DNA from: Pirellulaceae bacterium | GTDB lineage: Bacteria > Planctomycetota > Planctomycetia > Pirellulales > Pirellulaceae | Reading direction: 5' to 3' | DNA length: 21,246 bases | NCBI GenBank assembly: GCA_044359485.1 | Contig: JBIKMB010000090.1 | Coordinates: forward strand, 1-21,246 | Shown: positions 10,001 through 16,446 of the stretch, one piece after another | Layout of the letters: every line of letters starts with the position of its first letter | Position numbering within the stretch: the first letter of the stretch is position 1 | Notes under the pieces: generated by a model | Databases searched by the model: none | Told to the model about the DNA's origin: nothing | Seen by the model: only the letters and a program-made list of their open reading frames with translations | Made by a program: the position numbers and the translations under genes

Positions 10001-10467
10001 GCCGTCGTGAATTGATTGAGTATTTGAAGTATACGACTCCTGGGTTCGTCTTCAGTGTCGGTTTGTCACCCTCCAATGCGGCTGCCGCACTTGCTTCGTT
10101 AGATGTTTTGGAAGCGGAACCGATGCGGGTCGAGCGTTTGCGACAAAACTCTCAATTGTTTTTGGAAGAAGCCCGCAAACGCGGACTCAATACGGGCGAT
10201 TCGTGCGGAACTCCGGTGGTTCCCGTGATTTTGGGTAATTCGTTCATCGCGCTAAAACTAGCCGATCGCATGGTTAGCCAAGGCATCAATGTGCTACCGA
10301 TCTTGTACCCAGCGGTTGAAGAAGCTGCAGCACGCTTGCGTTTCTTCATCAATTCGACGCATTCTGAAAATCAAATATTGTTCGCAGTACGATTGGTTGA
10401 GGAGTCGTTACGCGATCTCTATCCCGAGTACTTTGTGAATTCCGATTCCGATCGATCGGTCGCTTAG
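7027..10467 (+). CDS. Tri-domain fatty acyl-AMP ligase (FAAL) - acyl carrier protein - alpha-oxoamine synthase (class II aminotransferase, BioF/KBL/SPT/CqsA family) fusion protein
   Basis: Adenylation motifs are present in order: YTSGSTGQPKGVVLSH, CYGMAETT, RTGDLGF and PKTSSGKIQR. The ACP Ppant site is LDLGLDSLERLQIAHSLEQQFG. The C-terminal PLP-dependent AOS domain carries NYLGM, DEAHSIGTMG and the PLP-lysine motif GTLSKSFGSCGGY. The ORF is a single uninterrupted 1146-aa reading frame. Confidence 0.9.
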   Translation: MNELEPADVSKYFPTYAVPQTDLVSAAQFWAAKTPDNPVFYFTDGEDGEDVCLTYRQLDQAARAIASRLQQAGSAEGQRVLLLYPPGLDFVVGFFGTLYAGAIAVPAFPPRKNRRGARIQSIAEDCSANWALSITSVCDLIHSDDSAQQDLTGVSILATDQISLSLADQYKPVAINQLAPAVLQYTSGSTGQPKGVVLSHACLVRNSELILLAFEPGPGGGCSWLPLYHDMGLVGGVLEPVFLGRPNVLMSPMSFLQRPARWLRTISKYRVAVSGGPNFAYQLCVDKVTEADMEGIDLSCWSVAYNGAEPVRASTLTQFSEKFEKYGFNKSAFLPCYGMAETTLIVTGGPTSTRPFFRTFDAQALDQRKVQPLAADDGSDKCRTLVGCGAVLSNENVIVVDPDTLEELPPGRVGEIWIQSPSVGKGYWRKPQESQRTFQAFTVAGRGPFLRTGDLGFLHENQLFVAGRLKDMIIVRGVNRYPQDIELTVEESHKSIQSGSVAAFSLQVDERERLVVTAEVQRGAQQNWDEVIQAIRRRVTEVHELPPEAIALVRFGTLPKTSSGKIQRHACMNDYKNNALKLVAHWKLGEVQMLKQEPMIAASTIDAPVRDSGSIKSLLSDPKLNEKDPHPEIVRVVIAAVKAIAQERAENVSIDTNIVLDLGLDSLERLQIAHSLEQQFGGRFPEDILQDIETVRQVSAAIEELFGVERIHRSLTEAVAAEEVLYSREVTPEDYQFDLIPEYRRLKMTMAELLSTGVRNPYFAAHQGVVRDTTTIGGRELISFASYNYLGMSGDPAVNKAVVEAVHKYGTSCSASRLVSGEKDLHQKLERRIAKWIGVEDSIVMVGGHATNESVIGHLLGPGDLILHDSLSHNSIVQGAILSGARRRAFPHNDWRALERILQDIRDKYRRVLVIVEGVYSMDGDYPDLPKFVDIKQRNKCWLMVDEAHSIGTMGKTGRGISEHFGLDANVVDIWMGTLSKSFGSCGGYIAGRRELIEYLKYTTPGFVFSVGLSPSNAAAALASLDVLEAEPMRVERLRQNSQLFLEEARKRGLNTGDSCGTPVVPVILGNSFIALKLADRMVSQGINVLPILYPAVEEAAARLRFFINSTHSENQILFAVRLVEESLRDLYPEYFVNSDSDRSVA

Positions 10468-10569
10468 GAATCGTAAAGCTTCTTGGCAAAATTCGCAGGG
10501 GATGTTGCCGACACGTTTTTGAAGTTGTACAGTTGACCAAGTTTGACTGTGGCAAAAGGAGACGTATCG

Positions 10570-11073
10570 GTGACAGAACCAGCGAAATCAGGTGGAATGC
10601 TCGATTGGCTCAAATCGATGATACCCGGCTATTCGGGCTATCAAGAATTTGAATCTCGCAGAGAAGACGATCGCAAAACGCGAAAATTTTTGATCGATCG
10701 ATTGCAAGAATACAAACGCTTATCGCAGAGCTACACCAAAAATTTTCTACAATCGGCTCAGTTGGATCAAATTGCCAAAGGTGAAAAACTGAGAGCCGAT
10801 ATCGATGCGCTGCAGCAAAAAATTGAAGCATCGGTGGATGGAAAAAGCAATTGGTTTACGCAGTCAAAGCCAGATGCGGCAGCAAGTTTGAGGTTGAGCC
10901 AGATTGATGGGGCGATTGTGGCCGACTTGGAACGACTTGCGAAATATCTGGCCGATCCAGAAGTCCCTTCTTTGGAACCTTTGGTGGTGGATTTAGATAA
11001 GGCGAGTGAATCACTGGGTGAAATGCGGGCAAAGTGGGAACGCAGGCTATCGATATTGCGAGGCGAGAATTAG
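10570..11073 (+). CDS. Hypothetical protein, largely alpha-helical/coiled-coil, with no recognisable family
   Basis: The ORF is in frame from the TTG at 10543. The GTG at 10570 is preceded by AAGGAG (10556-10561) with an 8-nt spacer. The ATG at 10597 (MLDWLKSM...) is an alternative start. The gene ends 12 nt before the SPFH gene, so the two are likely co-transcribed. Confidence 0.5.
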   Translation: MTEPAKSGGMLDWLKSMIPGYSGYQEFESRREDDRKTRKFLIDRLQEYKRLSQSYTKNFLQSAQLDQIAKGEKLRADIDALQQKIEASVDGKSNWFTQSKPDAAASLRLSQIDGAIVADLERLAKYLADPEVPSLEPLVVDLDKASESLGEMRAKWERRLSILRGEN

Positions 11074-11085
11074 AAAGGACTTGGT

Positions 11086-12447
11086 ATGGTTTTTCGATTG
11101 GAAGTCATCGACTTTTTTGATCCCTCCGGTGACATGGTTGTGGGGCGAGTTCCCGCCGATGGAACTGCGGCTATTCAGTTGGGAGCTCAATTGCTCGTTC
11201 AACAAGCGCAAGAAGCGGTTTTTTTTCGCGATGGCAAAGCGATGGACGTCTTCGGCCCCGGTCGCTATACGCTGACGACTGCCAATGTGCCCATTCTTAC
11301 TCGCATATTGACCATCCCGTGGGAGAAGTCTCCCTTTCAAGCGGCAGTCTATTTTGTTGGCAAGCAAACCTTTGTCGATCAGCGGTGGGGTACCAAAACT
11401 CCGATCACGATGCGAGATCCTGATTTTGGATTGGTGCGTTTGCGCGGTTTCGGCAAGTTTGGCTTTCGCGTTATCGATGCACCCTTATTGATCAATTCAT
11501 TGGTTGGAACACGCGGACGCTTTACCACCGAACAAGTCACAAGTTACTTGAAGGATGTGATCGTTTCAGGCTTAACCGATTTTTTGGCGACGGCAGGTAT
11601 CGGTCTGATCGATCTCCCCTCAAAATTTGATGAAGTGGCCGCCGCCGCGCGACTCAAACTTGCCGATTCGTTCAACAAATTTGGGATCGAGCTTACCGAT
11701 TTCGTTATCAACAGTATCACTCCACCGGAAGAGGTCGAGAAAGCAATTGACGCTCGTTCCGGCATGACTGTCTTAGGCGACTTGAAATCGTATACGCTTT
11801 ATCAAGCAGCCAATTCGATGGCAGCAGCAGGTCAGAACCCGGCTGTGGGGACAGGTATGGGCTTCGGCATGGGGATGGCATTTCCAGCAGCGTTGCAACA
11901 AGCCTTTCTGCCGGGGGGCGTGGGGGCCTCGCCGCCGCAACAAGTTCCCGTCGCTGCGCAGCCCGCGACTCCTTCAGGGACGTCTGCCGCTGCGGCTCCT
12001 AAGCTGAATTTGAACGCGCTCGAATCCTTTAAACCCCCGATAGACATTCGCTCGTTGGTACGTCAAGTCGCCAGCTCGTCTCATTGGAGCTTGAAGGAGC
12101 AAGGGGATCAGTGGGCGATGACTGTCCCGGTCGGCAGTTTGCGGAAACAAGTCGTTTATGCCAACTTCGGACGCAAAGATGATGATGGGCATGAGCTGAT
12201 TGGATTTTGGTCTCCTTGTGGGCCCGCCAATCCCAATAATGCCGTGACCTTATTGAGGTTTAATCATCAAACCGTTCATGGGGCTTTCGCGTTCCAACCC
12301 AAGGAACAGGGGGGGGAAGAGTTAGTTCTCCGCAGCAATTTGTTGGCAGATACAATCGATGCGTTCGAAGTGCTGCGCGTGGTAAGCGCGATTGCGTTTC
12401 AAGCGGATGAAGTCGAGCAGCAACTGACGGGAGCGGACGAACTTTAA
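11086..12447 (+). CDS. SPFH/band-7 domain protein of the group often annotated 'putative virion core protein' (PF13421-like), with a low-complexity Gly/Met and Pro/Ala linker and a distinct ~120-aa C-terminal domain
   Basis: The N-terminal pattern FRDGKAMDVFGPGRYTLTTANVPIL...SPFQAAVYFVGKQTFVDQRWGTKTPITMRDPDFGLVRLRGFGKFGFRV matches the conserved block of this SPFH subgroup. The linker reads GMGFGMGMAFPAALQ...PPQQVPVAAQPATPSGTSAAAAP. The C-terminal globular region reads YANFGRKDDDGHELIGFWSPCG... Confidence 0.75.
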   Translation: MVFRLEVIDFFDPSGDMVVGRVPADGTAAIQLGAQLLVQQAQEAVFFRDGKAMDVFGPGRYTLTTANVPILTRILTIPWEKSPFQAAVYFVGKQTFVDQRWGTKTPITMRDPDFGLVRLRGFGKFGFRVIDAPLLINSLVGTRGRFTTEQVTSYLKDVIVSGLTDFLATAGIGLIDLPSKFDEVAAAARLKLADSFNKFGIELTDFVINSITPPEEVEKAIDARSGMTVLGDLKSYTLYQAANSMAAAGQNPAVGTGMGFGMGMAFPAALQQAFLPGGVGASPPQQVPVAAQPATPSGTSAAAAPKLNLNALESFKPPIDIRSLVRQVASSSHWSLKEQGDQWAMTVPVGSLRKQVVYANFGRKDDDGHELIGFWSPCGPANPNNAVTLLRFNHQTVHGAFAFQPKEQGGEELVLRSNLLADTIDAFEVLRVVSAIAFQADEVEQQLTGADEL

Positions 12448-12474
12448 CGTGCGCTGCAAGCTGCTGTGGCGACG

Positions 12475-12516
12475 AAAAAACCGTAGGTTCGCAGCAACAG
12501 AGCGAACCTACGGTTT
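12475..12516. terminator. Bidirectional rho-independent terminator between the convergent SPFH and glutathione peroxidase genes
   Basis: A perfect 12-bp stem ccgtaggttcgc / gcgaacctacgg (12481-12492 and 12502-12513) encloses a 9-nt loop. It is flanked by AAAAAA on the 5' side and TTT on the 3' side, so it can terminate transcription on either strand. Confidence 0.65.
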
Positions 12517-12585
12517 CATGTTTGTGAATCGGTTCCGTTTGCAAATCCTCGCCGACCGACAGCCAAGGGTGAGCAAAAGTTAGAG

Positions 12586-13188
12586 TTATTTACCTAAAGC
12601 CGATTCGATCTGCTTGACCAGCTCGTCACCGTCTGGTGCCGTTGTAGGCGCAAATCGACCCACGACGCTGCCATCACGTCCAATCAGGAATTTTTCAAAA
12701 TTCCAGCTCACTTTGCCCGATCCCTTGGGTTTGGTTTCCAGTGCGGTGAGATGTTTGAAGAAGGGAGCAGCCTTGTCGCCATTGACATCGATTTTGGCAA
12801 ACATATCGAATGTCACGCCGTAGTTCTTGGTGCAAAATGACTTGATCTCAGCGGCTGAGCCAGGTTCTTGGCTTCCAAATTGATTGCAAGGGAACCCGAG
12901 AACCACCAAACCCTTGTCTTTGTATTTTTCATGGAGAGCTTGGAGTCCTTCGTACTGACCGGTTAAGCCGCATTCGCTGGCGACGTTTACCACCAAAATT
13001 ACTTTTCCGGCGTAGGAATTGAGGTCGACTTTTTTGCCATCGAGAGTTTCCATTTCGAAGGCTAGGGCAGGAGGTGCCTTCTTGGCTTTGTCATCGGCGA
13101 CACCTGAGGAACTCATGGCGAATACTCCCAAAAGAATTGCAGCGGAACAGAGACCGGCCAAACTTTTGGCCCAATTTTTTTTCATCAT
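12586..13188 (-). CDS. gpx: Glutathione peroxidase (Cys-type, non-selenium) with an N-terminal signal peptide
   Basis: GPx signatures are present: VNVASECGLTGQYEGL (catalytic Cys), LGFPCNQFGSQEPG and WNFEKFLI. The start is assigned to the MMKKNWAKSLAGLCSAAILLGVFA signal peptide rather than the upstream TTG-initiated extension. Confidence 0.88.
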   Translation of the reverse strand: MMKKNWAKSLAGLCSAAILLGVFAMSSSGVADDKAKKAPPALAFEMETLDGKKVDLNSYAGKVILVVNVASECGLTGQYEGLQALHEKYKDKGLVVLGFPCNQFGSQEPGSAAEIKSFCTKNYGVTFDMFAKIDVNGDKAAPFFKHLTALETKPKGSGKVSWNFEKFLIGRDGSVVGRFAPTTAPDGDELVKQIESALGK

Positions 13189-13574
13189 GACATGTGGCTC
13201 CGGGGCGGGGGGAAGGAATTTGAACATTGAATTTGAACATCTGAAGTCAAGAACTGCGGCGAAGCTGACGAAACAAGAGGGGCGGCTATCAAGGTGGCAT
13301 TGAACCTGTGCCTCTTGTCAACCGTCTCTACTGCACAGCCTGCTTGTTACGCCGCCATTGTAGGTGAGATGTCTAGACCCTGCTACGGTTGGGCTGCCAG
13401 CTACCGAAAGTAAGTGCGATACAGCTCTTTCTAGCGTACTTATTGCAGGGTGGTGTTTAGCTAGTTTTATGGTAAGAAGATATTTACGGAGGGGGTAAGT
13501 GGAGGGATCGAGCGTTTTTTCGGATTAAATCGTCTTGGATTTAGGCAGGGTACCCACGGACGCAAGTCCCCCTC

Positions 13575-13604
13575 TTGACGGAACTTGGGGAAATTCACTA
13601 CATT
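13575..13604 (+). promoter_or_regulatory. Candidate sigma70-type promoter for tRNA-Thr (TTGACG-N18-TACATT)
   Basis: TTGACG lies at 13575-13580 and TACATT at 13599-13604, about 47 nt upstream of the tRNA 5' end. The call rests on pattern match only. Confidence 0.3.
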
Positions 13605-13651
13605 TTCACCTTCGATTTAGGCCCCACGATATAGTCGTAGCGTTAGGTGAA

Positions 13652-13725
13652 GCCAGCATAGCTTCAATTGGCAGAGCACCGCATTCGTAATGCGGGGGTT
13701 GTGGGTTCGATTCCCACTGCTGGCT
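13652..13725 (+). tRNA. tRNA-Thr (anticodon CGU)
   Basis: Manual cloverleaf folding gives a perfect 7-bp acceptor stem (GCCAGCA/TGCTGGC), a D stem GCTT/GAGC and an anticodon stem CCGCA/TGCGG with loop TTCGTAA (anticodon CGT). The T arm is GTGGG-TTCGATT-CCCAC. No CCA is encoded. Confidence 0.85.
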
Positions 13726-13773
13726 CTTTTATCGCTACCATTTCTGAATCGTTTCCCGAGGAGTCTTGGCCAA

Positions 13774-15099
13774 ATGGCTCAAGGAGCAGTAGTAGATCTT
13801 CGCGACATTGTTCTGTCCAACAACACGTTCGGTCCTGCCGAAATCAGGCAACTTTGCCAGGGTATTGCTGAGGACTTTACTCAGTTTACAACCTTGCGAG
13901 ATGCAGTGCAGGAATTGGAAGGGGTGGAGGAACGAAGTCCAGCCACTTCGACCCGTCTTGGTGTTTGTCTGTATTTGATTGGTCGCATACCGTTAGCCGA
14001 GCAAGTGTTGCTGAAAGGTGACGGTGGTGCTTTGGCTCAATATTATTTGGGCAAGGTATGCTTCCAGCAAGAGCAGTACGATCGGGCGCTCGGTTATTTC
14101 GATGCGGCCAAGAAAGCGGGTTACGACCCTGAGCAATGCCAACTTGCGACTGCCGAAGCGTTGCGATATCAGGGCAAGTTCCAAGAAGCGATGAACTTGT
14201 TGGACAACATGTTCGGACCGGTGGAGCAAACGGCTGAGTATTTATATCAGCGTGGAGCGACGACGGCGGCATTGGGAGGCAATCCCAACGAAGTAACAAC
14301 GTATTTCCAGCGAGCGGTTTCTGCGGATGGTCGTCATGCAGGAGCTTTGTTCGGCTTGGCGATGGAAAACGATCGATTTGGCAATGATGATGACGCATTG
14401 CGATTGTACGAAAGAGCGGCTGGTGTTTTCCCAACGCATATCGGCACATTGATTAACCTCGGAATCGTTTACGAAGATCGTAACGAATACGGGAAGGCCC
14501 AATTGTGTTACAAACGTATTCTCGAAGTGTATCCCGATCATCCTCGCGCTCGTCTGTACATGAAGGATGCGTCTGCATCAGGTAATTCGTACTATGATGA
14601 GGAGTCGGCGAAACGGACCGAGCGATTGTCGCAATTGCTCAGTATTCCAGTTGCCGATTTCGAACTATCGGTTCGCAGTCGTAATTGTTTGCAAAAGATG
14701 GGTGTGCGAACGTTGGGGGATTTGACCCGCACGACCGAGCAGGAATTGTTGGCCAGCAAGAATTTTGGCGAAACCTCTTTGGTCGAAATTCGCGATATGT
14801 TGTCCTCCAAGGGACTCAGTTTGGGGCAGTTCTCGCATGAACGCCGCGAACCCGAGCCTTCCGTGGATTTATCAACCTTGTCTCCGGATCAAGCGGCTAT
14901 TCTCGATCAGCCGATTTCTAATTTGAATTTGTCGGTACGTGCCCGCAAGTGTATGGTTCGCTTGGGAATCAACACGATTGGTGAGTTGATTCGCAAGACT
15001 GGCGACGACTTGCTGGAGTGCAAGAACTTCGGCGTTACCAGTTTGAATGAAGTGCGGCAGAAGCTCACTGGTATGAATCTAAAATTGCGTGGTGATTGA
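13774..15099 (+). CDS. TPR-repeat protein with two tandem C-terminal RNA polymerase alpha-subunit CTD-like (helix-hairpin-helix) domains
   Basis: Several TPR-like helical repeats are present (YYLGKVCFQQEQYDRALGYFDAAKKAGY..., INLGIVYEDRNEYGKAQLCYKRILEVYPDHPRA). Two copies of the alpha-CTD motif follow: FELSVRSRNCLQKMGVRTLGDLTRTTEQELLASKNFGETSLVEIRDMLSSKGLSLG and LNLSVRARKCMVRLGINTIGELIRKTGDDLLECKNFGVTSLNEVRQKL. Both closely resemble the E. coli RpoA CTD (LELTVRSANCLK...[22 protein letters not shown]). The start is set at the ATG at 13774 because the longer ORF would overlap the tRNA. Confidence 0.8.
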   Translation: MAQGAVVDLRDIVLSNNTFGPAEIRQLCQGIAEDFTQFTTLRDAVQELEGVEERSPATSTRLGVCLYLIGRIPLAEQVLLKGDGGALAQYYLGKVCFQQEQYDRALGYFDAAKKAGYDPEQCQLATAEALRYQGKFQEAMNLLDNMFGPVEQTAEYLYQRGATTAALGGNPNEVTTYFQRAVSADGRHAGALFGLAMENDRFGNDDDALRLYERAAGVFPTHIGTLINLGIVYEDRNEYGKAQLCYKRILEVYPDHPRARLYMKDASASGNSYYDEESAKRTERLSQLLSIPVADFELSVRSRNCLQKMGVRTLGDLTRTTEQELLASKNFGETSLVEIRDMLSSKGLSLGQFSHERREPEPSVDLSTLSPDQAAILDQPISNLNLSVRARKCMVRLGINTIGELIRKTGDDLLECKNFGVTSLNEVRQKLTGMNLKLRGD

Positions 15100-15285
15100 T
15101 CGATAGGGATGAGCGTTTTGAGGAATGATTGATGGCATCGTCGATCATTCTTTTTCTCGCGGCTCGATGGCGATGAAGCGTTTCGGATTGAAATGAATTT
15201 GAATGACAACTGCGGGCGATTGGGATCATGAGATTCCAGTCGCCTTTTGTTTTTGGGACTCATCGGAACTGGCTTGGACAAGAAT

Positions 15286-16446
15286 ATGGCTGCGATGCCG
15301 TTTGAATTCGAATTGATCGCGCAGGATCAGGCGACTGGAGCGCGTCGGGGCCAGCTCCACACGCCGCATGGTATTGTGCAGACACCGACGTTTATGCCTG
15401 TTGGTACCCAAGCTACCGTTAAGGGGTTGACGATCGACCAAGTTGCTTCGACGGGTGCGCAAATCCTGTTGGGAAACACCTATCATTTGGCATTGCGACC
15501 TGGTAGTGAATTGATTGCCAAGCATGGCGGTCTGCATCAATTTATGGGGTGGCAAGGTCCCATTTTGACCGACAGTGGTGGGTTTCAAATTTTTAGTCTC
15601 GCGGATCGCGCCAAAATAACGGAAAAGGGTGCTGAGTTTCGCTCGCACATCGATGGACGATTGTTGAATTTAACGCCGGAGGAATCGATTCGTATTCAGG
15701 AGGAATTGGGCAGTGACATTGCCATGGTATTAGATCATGTTGTCGCCCTCCCCTCTGCGCGGGAAAAGATTTGGGAGGCTCATCTTCGCAGTATTCGTTG
15801 GGCGGAGCGATGTTTGCAGGCAGCGACACGCAAGGATCAAGCATTGTTTGCGATTGTTCAAGGTGGGCTGGATGAAGAATTGCGGGTTGAGTCCGCGCGG
15901 CGATTGCGTGAGTATCCTTTTCCCGGCTTCGCTGTTGGGGGGTTGAGTGTAGGCGAAGCGCCTGAGGAAATGTATCGCATCATTTCGGCAACCACGCCTG
16001 AGATGCCGGTGCATAAACCACGTTATTTGATGGGAGTTGGGCGACCGATCGACTTGATCGAAGCGGTGTCGCGCGGGATCGATATGTTTGACTGCGTGAT
16101 GCCTACACGCAATGGCAGGAATGCATTAGCCTTTACGGATGAAGGGCCGTTGAGGTTGCGCAATAAATGCCATGCGGAGGATCTGCGTCCCCTGGAAGAG
16201 CATTGCCCTTGTTTGGCCTGCAAGCATAGTCGTGGTTATCTGCGGCATCTTTTTCAGGCGGACGAAATGTTGGGTCCCATATTATTGACGCATCATAACT
16301 TAACCTATTACCAGCGGTTGATGCGGGATGCTCGTTTGGCGATTGAAGAAAATCGCTACCGCGATTGGATGGATAGCAAGAGACTCGGTTGGCAAAAGAG
16401 TCGTCCCGAGGGTGAGTCTAATTCGGATTCGTCGAGGGCGTCCTAG
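15286..16446 (+). CDS. tgt: Queuine tRNA-ribosyltransferase (tRNA-guanine transglycosylase)
   Basis: The conserved N-terminus [42 protein letters not shown] is present, along with LTDSGGFQ and the C-terminal zinc site [16 protein letters not shown]. The start is assigned to MAAMPFEF. Confidence 0.9.
   Translation: MAAMPFEFELIAQDQATGARRGQLHTPHGIVQTPTFMPVGTQATVKGLTIDQVASTGAQILLGNTYHLALRPGSELIAKHGGLHQFMGWQGPILTDSGGFQIFSLADRAKITEKGAEFRSHIDGRLLNLTPEESIRIQEELGSDIAMVLDHVVALPSAREKIWEAHLRSIRWAERCLQAATRKDQALFAIVQGGLDEELRVESARRLREYPFPGFAVGGLSVGEAPEEMYRIISATTPEMPVHKPRYLMGVGRPIDLIEAVSRGIDMFDCVMPTRNGRNALAFTDEGPLRLRNKCHAEDLRPLEEHCPCLACKHSRGYLRHLFQADEMLGPILLTHHNLTYYQRLMRDARLAIEENRYRDWMDSKRLGWQKSRPEGESNSDSSRAS

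Noticed and set aside
13226-13255. Short tandem-like repeat ttgaacat-tgaatttgaacat in the gpx upstream region
   Set aside because: It consists of only two imperfect copies of 8 nt, which is within chance expectation. It is probably part of the gpx promoter region at most.
13668-13871. ORF-track ORFs (13668..13871 and the 13690 start of the long ORF) overlapping the tRNA-Thr gene
   Set aside because: They run through a perfectly folding tRNA. The real protein start is the ATG at 13774 downstream of the tRNA.
13886-14449. 187-aa minus-strand ORF inside the TPR/alpha-CTD gene
   Set aside because: It is antisense to a well-supported CDS and has no conserved motifs. It is a shadow ORF.
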